64,000 nucleotides of DNA, taken from contig OZ220672.1 of the NCBI GenBank assembly GCA_965116315.1, positions 579,208-643,207 on the forward strand, given 5' to 3'. Under the pieces are notes generated by a model that searched no databases, had not been told where the DNA came from, and saw only the letters and a list, made by a program, of their open reading frames with translations. Both the position numbers and the translations under genes were made by a program. Origin of the DNA: Dehalococcoidia bacterium. Its GTDB lineage: Bacteria; Chloroflexota; Dehalococcoidia; Lucifugimonadales; CAJWER01. Positions 56,617-64,000 of this stretch are shown piece after piece (the stretch's first letter is position 1; each line of letters opens with the position of its first letter).

Positions 56617-57624
56617 TTACGACGTGTACTTGATGCGGGGGTCTACGACGGCGAGAAGCAGGTCGGACAGGAGTGTGCCCACAACCGTCAGGACGCCGAG
56701 CATCAGTACGATGAAGCCGGCCGTGTAGGTGTCCTGCTGTTCGATTCCGTCCAGGAGCACCGGCCCGAGGGTCGGCAGGCTCAACACCACGGACACGATG
56801 ACGCTTCCGCTGACCAGCTGCGGCAGGAGGTAGCCGACCGTGCTCACCAGCGGGTTGATGGCGACCCTCGTCGGGTACTTGAGGATCAGCCGAAACGGCC
56901 GGACTCCCTTCGCCCTGGCCGTGACCACGTAGGGCTTGCCGAGCTCGTCGAGGAGGTTGTTGCGCATCACCCTGATGAGCCCGGCGGTGCCGGAGGTCCC
57001 CAGGACGACGGCGGGTATCCAGAGGTGCTTCAGCATGTCCCAGGCCTTGGCTGCGTTCCACGCCGCGTCCTGGTAGTCCGCCGAGAAGAGGCCTCCCACA
57101 GATTGGTCGAAGTAGGCGAACCCTACGTACATGAGCACGAGGCCGAGGAGGAAGTCGGGCACGGCCAGACCAGAGAAGCCTACGAGGGTGAACAGGTAGT
57201 CACCTACCGAGTGCTGGCGCACTGCCGAGTAGATCCCAACGGGGATGGCGAAGGTCCACGTGACGATGATGGTGAAGCCGGTCAGGATGATGGTGGTCCA
57301 GATGCGGTCGCCGATCACCTCCTTAACGGTCCTCTCGGTGGCCCATGAGGAGCAGAAGAACTGGAAGGAGCGCCCCAGGTCACCGCGCATCAGGTTCCAC
57401 ATCCACGCGGCGTAGCGCTGGTAGATGGGCTTGTCCAGCCCAAGGTAGACCCGCAAGTGCTCTGCCTGCTCCTCCGAGGCGCCGACGCCGCTGCTCATCA
57501 GCCGGTCGATGTGCTTGGTGGCCGAGTCGCCCTCAGGCAGCTCGATGATGAAGTACGCGAGCATGCTGATGACAAGGACCGTGAACGCGGACAGTATCAG
57601 CCGCCTTGCGATGTACGCGGTCAC
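56617..57624 (-). CDS. ABC transporter permease, DppB/OppB-like (paralog 2)
   Basis: MTAYIARRLILSAFTVLVISMLAYFI... and YVVTARAKGVRPFRLILKYPTRVAINPL (EAA loop region). 335 aa. Confidence 0.85.
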   Translation of the reverse strand: MTAYIARRLILSAFTVLVISMLAYFIIELPEGDSATKHIDRLMSSGVGASEEQAEHLRVYLGLDKPIYQRYAAWMWNLMRGDLGRSFQFFCSSWATERTVKEVIGDRIWTTIILTGFTIIVTWTFAIPVGIYSAVRQHSVGDYLFTLVGFSGLAVPDFLLGLVLMYVGFAYFDQSVGGLFSADYQDAAWNAAKAWDMLKHLWIPAVVLGTSGTAGLIRVMRNNLLDELGKPYVVTARAKGVRPFRLILKYPTRVAINPLVSTVGYLLPQLVSGSVIVSVVLSLPTLGPVLLDGIEQQDTYTAGFIVLMLGVLTVVGTLLSDLLLAVVDPRIKYTS

Positions 57625-57630
57625 GACGCC

Positions 57631-58638
57631 CTACCCCGTGAGCTTGATGCGGGGGTCCACTAATGCCAGGAGGATGTCCGAGATGAGCGTGCCGGCCACT
57701 GTCAGCATCCCCAGCATGAGCACGATGAACCCGGCCGTCATCGTATCCAGGTTCACTATGGAGTCCAGCAGCACCGGGCCGAGGGTAGGCAGGCTGAGCA
57801 CGACCGATACGATGACACTGCCGCTCACAAGCTGCGGCAGCAGGTATCCTACGGTGCTGATCAGCGGGTTGATGGCAACCCGCACCGGGTACTTGACGAT
57901 CATCTTGAAGGGGGCGACCCCCTTGGCCCGCGCGGTGACCACGTACGGCTTCGAGAGCTCGTCGAGCAGGTTGTTCCGCATGATGCGGATCAGGCCAGCC
58001 GTGCCCGACGTACCCAGCACGATGGCGGGGATCCATAGGTGATTCAGCATGTCTAGGGCTCTGGGCACGCTCCACGGGGCGTCCTGGAAGTCCCCCGAGA
58101 AGAGTCCGCCCACCGACATGTTGAAGTATGCGAAGGCGACGTACATGAGCACGAGACCAAGGAGGAAGTCCGGCACCGCCAGCCCCGTGAATCCCAGGGT
58201 CGTGAAGACATAGTCGCCGACTGTGTGCTGCCTTACCGCGGAGTAGATGCCTATTGGGATTGCGAACGTCCACGTGAAGATAATCGTGAAGCCGGTCAGG
58301 GCGACCGTCGTGAATATGCGGTCGCTGATCAACTCCCTCACAGGCTTTTGAGCAGGCGTCGAGCTGCAGAAGTACTGGAACGAGCGCCCCCACTTGCCCT
58401 GGAGCAGGTTGCCGACCCACCAGAAGTAGCGCAGGTGCACCGGCTTGTCCAGCCCGAGGTCCTCGCGGATCTGCTCGGCCATTCCCATGGCCACGTCGTC
58501 TCCGCGTGTCATCAGGGCGTCGACATACTTGCTGGCGGCGTCTCCAGGGGGGATTTCCATAATGAAGAAGGCCAGCATGGATATGACCAAGGTGGTGAAA
58601 GCGGCGAGGATAAGGCGTCTGGAGAAGTAGGCCAGCAT
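57631..58638 (-). CDS. ABC transporter permease, DppB/OppB-like (paralog 1)
   Basis: MLAYFSRRLILAAFTTLVISMLAFFI... and YVVTARAKGVAPFKMIVKYPVRVAINPL. Same length as the downstream gene and collinear with it. Confidence 0.85.
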   Translation of the reverse strand: MLAYFSRRLILAAFTTLVISMLAFFIMEIPPGDAASKYVDALMTRGDDVAMGMAEQIREDLGLDKPVHLRYFWWVGNLLQGKWGRSFQYFCSSTPAQKPVRELISDRIFTTVALTGFTIIFTWTFAIPIGIYSAVRQHTVGDYVFTTLGFTGLAVPDFLLGLVLMYVAFAYFNMSVGGLFSGDFQDAPWSVPRALDMLNHLWIPAIVLGTSGTAGLIRIMRNNLLDELSKPYVVTARAKGVAPFKMIVKYPVRVAINPLISTVGYLLPQLVSGSVIVSVVLSLPTLGPVLLDSIVNLDTMTAGFIVLMLGMLTVAGTLISDILLALVDPRIKLTG

Positions 58639-58703
58639 TCTCGGGCTCCTGCCGACAGGTTCATCGCCGCCCAGGGGCTGCTACGAGCCCACCGGACGCG
58701 GGA

Positions 58704-58732
58704 ATATTAGCAAACCCGCCATCAACTCTCAA
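58704..58732 (-). promoter_or_regulatory. Sigma70-like promoter upstream of the permease operon
   Basis: Minus strand reads TTGAGA (58732-58727), a 17-nt spacer, then TAATAT (58709-58704). GGCAGGAG Shine-Dalgarno precedes ATG 58638. Confidence 0.4.
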
Positions 58733-58821
58733 CATGTAGAGCGGGTCGGTAACCGTCCACCATTGACCAGGAGGATGTCCCGGCTCCGATTGGCTCGCGG
58801 CCGAACGTGAAAGGGCGACTC

Positions 58822-59017
58822 GCCGAGTCGCCCCTACGTACATGCTACGGGCGTTCCTTCTCATCAAGCCTGGGCAGGTACCCGGCCTGCTACTTCTCCG
58901 CGACGGCTACTTGCCTGCCGAGTCGCCCCTACGTACATGCTACGGGCGTTCCTTCTCATCAAGCCTGGGGAGGTACCCGGCCCGCTACTTCTCCGCGACA
59001 GCTACTTCCCTGCCGAG
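58822..59017. repeat. Tandem duplication, 95-bp unit x2 plus a partial unit, including the 3' end of tsaC
   Basis: 58822-58916 and 58917-59011 are near-identical (GCCGAGTCGCCCCTACGTACATGCTACGGGCGTTCCTTCTCATCAAGCCTGGG.AGGTACCCGGCC.GCTACTTCTCCGCGAC.GCTACTT.CCT). GCCGAG starts a third unit. Confidence 0.85.
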
Positions 59018-59641
59018 GACTTCCGCTATGGCGTTGGGGGACACACCTCCGGCGCGCAAAACGGACGGCTCAGACCCTGTCAAGTCCAGCACCGTCGAGG
59101 GCACTCCCGAGCGGACGGAGCCGCCGTCCAGCACGTAGTCGACGCGGCTGCCGATCTGCTCTCGCACCTCGGCGGCCGTGGTTGCGGGCGGGAGCCCGGA
59201 CTTGTTGGCGCTGGTGCCGGTGATTGGCGCACCCAGGCGCAGCGCGATCTCCCTCGGCACGGGGTGGTCGGGCATGCGGACGCCGACCGTGTCTCCGCCC
59301 CCCGTCACGGTGTCGGGGACCGCGTCCGAGCGGCGCAGCACCAAGGTCAGGGGGCCCGGCCAGAAGGCTTCGGCGAGGACCCGGACGAAGTCGGGTACGT
59401 CAGTGCAGCACAGCGAGAGGTCATCGACACTAGCGAGCAGCAGCGGCAGAGGCATCCTCTCTTGCCGGCCCTTGACCTCGAACACCCTGGCGGCGGCTGC
59501 CTCGTCCAGGCCGTTGGCGGCGAGGCCGTACACCGTGTCGGTCGGGATGGCCGCCACCCCCCCGTTCCTCAGGACTCTCACGGCCTCGGCGACCGGATTC
59601 ATGGCGAGGTGTCCGGATGCGGTTTCGCGTTCATTGACCAC
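58985..59641 (-). CDS. tsaC: L-threonylcarbamoyladenylate synthase (YrdC/Sua5 domain)
   Basis: [30 protein letters not shown]...PLPLLL...WPGPLTLVL...GVRMPDHP...[12 protein letters not shown]. Confidence 0.85.
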   Translation of the reverse strand: MVNERETASGHLAMNPVAEAVRVLRNGGVAAIPTDTVYGLAANGLDEAAAARVFEVKGRQERMPLPLLLASVDDLSLCCTDVPDFVRVLAEAFWPGPLTLVLRRSDAVPDTVTGGGDTVGVRMPDHPVPREIALRLGAPITGTSANKSGLPPATTAAEVREQIGSRVDYVLDGGSVRSGVPSTVLDLTGSEPSVLRAGGVSPNAIAEVLGREVAVAEK

Positions 59642-59679
59642 AAGATATTATAGATGCTAGCCTTTTAACCACTACAGGT

Positions 59680-61284
59680 ATGACTTCGACGGATTCCACA
59701 GCGACGTCCACCCGGCGTCCCAAACAGCCCTCGCACACCCACTCCGGGCGTGAGTCCATACTCATCATCGACTTCGGGTCCCAGTACAGCCGCCTGATAG
59801 CCCGGCGCGTGCGGGAATCGAACGTCTACTGCGAGATCATCTCTCACGACGCGACATGGGAATCCGTCAGCGGGCTGAACCCGAAGGGCGTCATCATGTC
59901 CGGCGGGCCCGCCAGCGTTTACGATCCGGGCGCTCCGATGGCGCCATCCTGGGTGTATGAGAGCGGCCTGCCCGTCCTGGGCATATGCTACGGGATGCAG
60001 GTGATGGTCCACCAGCTTGGCGGCAAGGTTGCGCCGAGCGCGAAGAAGGAGTACGGCCACGCCGTCCTGGACCAGAGCGCGAGCGGCGAGCCGCTGTTCG
60101 CGGGGCTGCCGTCCGCGATGCCCGTCTGGATGAGCCACGGCGACCGCATAGTGGAGACGCCGCGAGGCTTCACACCGCTGGCGCGCTCCGACAACTCCCC
60201 TATCGCCGCCATCAGCAACGGCAGCGGCATGCTCGGCATCCAGTTCCATCCCGAAGTCGTGCATACGCCGAACGGCAAGGACCTGCTGGGCAACTTCGTC
60301 CACGAGGTCTGCGGCTGCGGCCGGTTGTGGAATCCCGCCAACTTCATCGCCGACACCGTGGACAGCATCCGTGACGAGGTCGGCGGCGGCAAGGTGATAT
60401 GCGCCCTATCCGGCGGCGTCGACTCGGCCGTGGCCGCCGCCCTGGTGAACAGGGCCGTCGGCAGCCAGCTGACGTGCATCTTCGTCGACAACGGGCTAAT
60501 GAGGCACGGCGAGCCGGACCAGGTCGTGGAAACCTTCAACCGTCACCTGGAGATCGACCTGCTGCACGTCGATGCCGCCGAGAACTTCCTTGGCGAGCTA
60601 GCGGGGGTGACGGACCCCGAGGAGAAGCGGCGACGCATCGGACGGGTCTTCATTGAGGTATTCGACGCCCAGGCCGCCAGCCTGGGGCAGGTCGACTTCC
60701 TGACCCAGGGCACGCTCTACCCTGACGTGATCGAGAGCGAGACCACCGACAACAAGGTCTCGGCCAAGATCAAGACGCACCACAACGTCGGCGGCCTGCC
60801 GGAGAACATGAAGCTGAACTTGGTGGAGCCGCTGCGGTACCTCTTCAAGGACGAGGTGCGCGAGGTGGGGCTGGAGCTGGGCCTGCCCGAGGAGATGGTC
60901 TTCCGGCAGCCCTTCCCTGGCCCGGGGCTGGCCATAAGGATCATCGGCGAGGTCACACATGAGAAGCTGGAGACACTGAGGGCGGCCGACTGGATAGTGA
61001 TGGACGAGATCAGGGCCGCGGACCTGTACAGGGAGCTGTGGCAGAGCTTTGCCGTGCTCACCGACACGCGCTCGGTGGGAGTGACCGGCGACTTCAGGAC
61101 ATACGGCGGCGTCATAGCGGTGCGCGCCGTGACCAGCGACGAGGCCATGACGGCCGACTGGAGCCGCCTGCCCTACGAGGTCCTGGCGCGCATCTCCAGC
61201 CGCATCGCCAACGAGGTGCCGGGGGTGAACCGGGTGGTCTACGACATCACGAGCAAGCCGCCGGGTACCATTGAGTGGGAGTAG
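59680..61284 (+). CDS. guaA: Glutamine-hydrolysing GMP synthase
   Basis: [46 protein letters not shown] and the C-terminal KPPGTIEWE. Confidence 0.95.
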   Translation: MTSTDSTATSTRRPKQPSHTHSGRESILIIDFGSQYSRLIARRVRESNVYCEIISHDATWESVSGLNPKGVIMSGGPASVYDPGAPMAPSWVYESGLPVLGICYGMQVMVHQLGGKVAPSAKKEYGHAVLDQSASGEPLFAGLPSAMPVWMSHGDRIVETPRGFTPLARSDNSPIAAISNGSGMLGIQFHPEVVHTPNGKDLLGNFVHEVCGCGRLWNPANFIADTVDSIRDEVGGGKVICALSGGVDSAVAAALVNRAVGSQLTCIFVDNGLMRHGEPDQVVETFNRHLEIDLLHVDAAENFLGELAGVTDPEEKRRRIGRVFIEVFDAQAASLGQVDFLTQGTLYPDVIESETTDNKVSAKIKTHHNVGGLPENMKLNLVEPLRYLFKDEVREVGLELGLPEEMVFRQPFPGPGLAIRIIGEVTHEKLETLRAADWIVMDEIRAADLYRELWQSFAVLTDTRSVGVTGDFRTYGGVIAVRAVTSDEAMTADWSRLPYEVLARISSRIANEVPGVNRVVYDITSKPPGTIEWE

Positions 61285-61357
61285 GCCCGCTCGAGTGCGG
61301 GGAGTACGAGTTTGAACGACGCCAAGCGCCCATTCTTGAAGGAATCTTCAAGGTTTC

Positions 61358-62161
61358 TTGCTACTTTACCGGGAAATCTCGACCAGGAGTAGAGACTTGA
61401 GAACCCACAGACCTCGCCTGGCGCTATCGCTGTTCCTTGCTGCGGTCGCCCTCTCGGCCCTTGCCGCAGCGTGCTCCTCCACCGATCCGACCCCAACCCC
61501 GACTACCGCTCCCGCCGCAGCCCCCACTACTGCACCTCCGCCGACGGCCGCGCCCCAGCCGACCGCCCAGCCCACCGTGGCAGAGGCGTCTTCTACATCT
61601 ATGGAGGCGGAGGCCGGCGGCGCGTCCTTCACTATCGGACCGGGCTCGATGGCGCGGTACCTGGTCAACGAACAGCTGGCCCGGATGAACTCTCCCATAG
61701 ACGCCATCGGGGAGACGGATCAGGTCGAGGGGGCCATAGTCTTCGCACCGGACGGCTCTGTGGACTCGTCCAAGTCCACGATCACTGTCGACATGGCGTC
61801 CCTGAGGTCCGACTCGGACAGGCGCGACGGCTACGTGCGCAGCAACACACTCGAGACGAGCAAGTACCCAACTGCCGAGCTCGTCGTGACAGGCACGCCG
61901 GGCCTGCCGTGGCCCCTGCCCTCCTCGGGCGAGGTGAGCTTTCAGATCGTGGGCGACATGACCATACACGGCGTGACCAGTGAGCTCACGTGGGAGGCGA
62001 CGGCCCAGGCCGGCGAAGGCGGCAGCGTAACGGGCACTGCGAAGACAAACTTCACCTTCGACACCTTCGACATGGATATTCCCAGCGTGTTCGTCGTGGT
62101 CAGCGTCCAGGACAACATCAGGCTTGAGATCGACTTCATCGGCACGGTGAGCGGTGGATAG
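61358..62161 (+). CDS. YceI family lipoprotein with Pro/Thr/Ala-rich linker
   Basis: Lipobox LSALAAACSS, PT-rich low-complexity tract, then a YceI-like domain (ASLRSDSDRRDGYVRSNTLETSKYPTAELV...MTIHGVT). Confidence 0.8.
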   Translation: MLLYREISTRSRDLRTHRPRLALSLFLAAVALSALAAACSSTDPTPTPTTAPAAAPTTAPPPTAAPQPTAQPTVAEASSTSMEAEAGGASFTIGPGSMARYLVNEQLARMNSPIDAIGETDQVEGAIVFAPDGSVDSSKSTITVDMASLRSDSDRRDGYVRSNTLETSKYPTAELVVTGTPGLPWPLPSSGEVSFQIVGDMTIHGVTSELTWEATAQAGEGGSVTGTAKTNFTFDTFDMDIPSVFVVVSVQDNIRLEIDFIGTVSGG

Positions 62162-63443
62162 CGGCAGTCTCAAGGTCCTGCTCGTCGGGAGCGGCGCTCG
62201 CGAGCACGCCATAGCCTGGAAGCTCACCCAGAGCCCACGGCTCGGCGAGCTGGTGACGGCGCCCGGCAACGCTGGGACCGCGCGGCTCGGCGCGAACTTC
62301 CCCTTAGCGGCTACGGACGTGCAGGGCATGGTCGACCTTGCCAGGCAGCAGGCGGCCGACTTCGTTGTGGTGGGCCCCGAGGCGCCACTGGCCGCAGGGC
62401 TTGTAGACGCGCTGGCGGAAGCCGGAGTGAGGGCATTCGGCCCTACCCAGGCCGCCGCGAGGATCGAGCACAGCAAGGCCTTCGCCAAGGACCTCATGCT
62501 AGCCAACGGTGTCCCCACAGGGCGTGCCTCGCGGCACTCGGACTACGAGGACGCCCTGCGCCGTCTCGATGAAGTGGGCGCGCCCATCGTCGTAAAGGGG
62601 GACGGACTCGCGGAGGGCAAGGCCGTTCTGGTCGCACAGACGCTACAGGAGGCGGAGGACGCCCTGCGCGACTACATGGTCGAGGGCAAATTCGGGGACT
62701 CGGGCCGCGTCGTCCTGCTCGAGGAGTACCTGGAGGGCACCGAGATCAGCGTCTTCGCCTTCGTGGACGGGCGGAGCATCTCTTCGCTGGTGGCAGCCTG
62801 CGACTACAAGCTGTCGGGCGACGGCGACACGGGCCTGAACACCGGCGGCATGGGCTCGTACAGCCCGCCCGTCGACGAGCTATGGAACGCTGAGATGGAC
62901 GACCGTGTGCGGCGCGAGATCATCGAGCCGACGGTCGCGGCACTTGCGGCGAACGGTTCACCCTACGCCGGCGCGCTCTACGCAGGACTGATGATCACGC
63001 GAGAAGGCCCGAAGGTGATCGAGTTCAACTCGCGGCTGGGAGACCCGGAGACCCAGGTGATACTGCCGCGGCTGAAGAGCGACCTGCTGGAGGTGATGCT
63101 GGCCGCGGCTTCCTGCAACGTGGGGGCCGTGCCCCTCGAGTGGGACGATCGTGCCTGCGTCGGAGTGGCCATCGCCTCGGGAGGCTACCCGGCTGCGTAC
63201 ACTACGGGGTATCCTATTCACGGGCTCGATTCGGTGGACGACGGCGCGATGGTGTTCCACGCCGGCACGAAGGAGTCTGGAGACGGCGCCGTCGTGACCA
63301 ATGGTGGCCGCGTCCTGACGGTCGCGGCGCTCGGCTCGACCGTTGCCGAGGCCCGCGCCGGGGCCTATGAGAATGCGGCGCGGATCGGCTTCACCGGCTC
63401 CTTCTACCGTACCGACATAGCCGATGTTGGAGGATCGTCTTGA
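62154..63443 (+). CDS. purD: Phosphoribosylamine--glycine ligase
   Basis: KVLLVGSGAREHAIAWKL, APGNAG, VVKGDGLAEGKAV and FNSRLGDPETQ. Confidence 0.95.
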   Translation: MDSGSLKVLLVGSGAREHAIAWKLTQSPRLGELVTAPGNAGTARLGANFPLAATDVQGMVDLARQQAADFVVVGPEAPLAAGLVDALAEAGVRAFGPTQAAARIEHSKAFAKDLMLANGVPTGRASRHSDYEDALRRLDEVGAPIVVKGDGLAEGKAVLVAQTLQEAEDALRDYMVEGKFGDSGRVVLLEEYLEGTEISVFAFVDGRSISSLVAACDYKLSGDGDTGLNTGGMGSYSPPVDELWNAEMDDRVRREIIEPTVAALAANGSPYAGALYAGLMITREGPKVIEFNSRLGDPETQVILPRLKSDLLEVMLAAASCNVGAVPLEWDDRACVGVAIASGGYPAAYTTGYPIHGLDSVDDGAMVFHAGTKESGDGAVVTNGGRVLTVAALGSTVAEARAGAYENAARIGFTGSFYRTDIADVGGSS

Positions 63444-63817
63444 CGGGAGTTCGCATGGTGCGCTGTGTCTCGCTTGGGGATACCACGCAGACGCCAGGGA
63501 TGTTGCGCTCGGAAGCCTTTGCCGAGGGGACCGTCTGGGCCGGTTCCGTGCAGATGGAGGCCGGAGCGGCCTCCGGGTGGCACCATCACGGCATCAACGA
63601 CAGCTACCTCTACGTGGTGTCGGGCAAGGCGCGGTTCGAGTACGGCGAGGAAGGCCGGCAAGCGGTAGACGCAGAAACCGGGGACTTCGTGCTCATACCG
63701 GCGCACACGGTTCACCGCGAGGTGAATCCTGGCGACGAGGTGTCGTCGGTCGTCCTGTTTCGTGTGGGCGGCGGCGAGCCAGTCTTCAACGTGGATGGCC
63801 CTGAGTGCTCCAGGTGA
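63440..63817 (+). CDS. Cupin domain protein
   Basis: GWHHHG...YVVSGKARFEYGEEG...GDFVLIPAHTVHRE cupin motifs. Overlaps the purD stop. Confidence 0.7.
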   Translation: MTGVRMVRCVSLGDTTQTPGMLRSEAFAEGTVWAGSVQMEAGAASGWHHHGINDSYLYVVSGKARFEYGEEGRQAVDAETGDFVLIPAHTVHREVNPGDEVSSVVLFRVGGGEPVFNVDGPECSR

Positions 63818-64000
63818 GCGACAGGGAGCGCCTTCTCGCGGCCTTCGACTCGGGGGAGCTTCTGCGCCCGTCTCCAGAAGTGCCCAACATCGTCGACCTG
63901 GCGAATGCCCTGCCCGTGGTTGCCGATTCGGACGTGTCCGGCTCCCCGGCCATCGACTCCATCGTCGAGACTATTGGGCCTGCAGACCACCTCGTATTCG
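63814..64000 (+). CDS. Hypothetical protein, 3'-truncated by window edge
   Basis: GTG overlaps the cupin stop (GTGA). The frame is open to the window end (VSDRERLLAAFDSGELLRPSPEVPNIVDLANAL...ADHLVF). No confident family call. Confidence 0.4.
   Translation, partial: MSDRERLLAAFDSGELLRPSPEVPNIVDLANALPVVADSDVSGSPAIDSIVETIGPADHLVF

Overview
GC-rich bacterial chromosomal segment. The gene content and the dense intergenic palindromic repeats tentatively suggest a Chloroflexota/SAR202-like organism; this is inference only. I support about 60 protein genes and no rRNA, tRNA, tmRNA or CRISPR array. Order along the window: (1) a 5'-truncated histidine kinase fused to an OmpR-type regulator, a sialidase-like BNR protein, and a divergent pair of a membrane-anchored HTH-TPR regulator and a vWA lipoprotein. 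(2) A minus-strand catabolic cluster of amidohydrolase, mmsA and D-aminoacylase, containing a relic of a duplicated D-aminoacylase 5' end, plus an SDR gene. (3) A Fur-family regulator with a metal ABC importer. (4) An IS1182-family element inserted exactly in the centre of a REP-like palindrome, then a PadR gene. (5) A histidine operon, hisZ-hisG(long form)-PLC-like hydrolase-hisD-hisC ... hisB, interrupted by 3.9 kb carrying an IS110-family element and a GMC oxidoreductase pair. (6) Oxidoreductases, then a SPATA20-like / NHLRC2-like thioredoxin gene pair. (7) A sulfite-oxidase-like Mo enzyme, an orphan higA, and fpg. (8) A non-classical sdhA-sdhB-sdhE(HdrB-like) operon with a PaREP1/HEPN-like gene wedged between sdhA and sdhB. 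(9) degV, two pentapeptide-repeat proteins, smpB, an S41 protease, a wHTH + TIR-like protein, hflX, and dapL-Uma2-dapF. (10) A tight operon of two paralogous permeases, tpiA, miaA and grpB, then tsaC, guaA, yceI, purD and a cupin gene. The most notable observation is an in-frame TGA at exactly the first Cys of the CxxC motif of the thioredoxin/NHL protein, followed by a hairpin. This makes it a candidate selenoprotein (UxxC) that ORF callers truncate. Other leads are the PLC-like Zn hydrolase translationally coupled inside the his operon (a candidate for the missing histidinol-phosphatase), IS elements associated with REP-like repeats, a possible bridge RNA in the IS110 5' end, several families of intergenic repeats, and two tandem duplications. 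All calls rest on reading the sequence and the ORF translations by eye; no searches were run.
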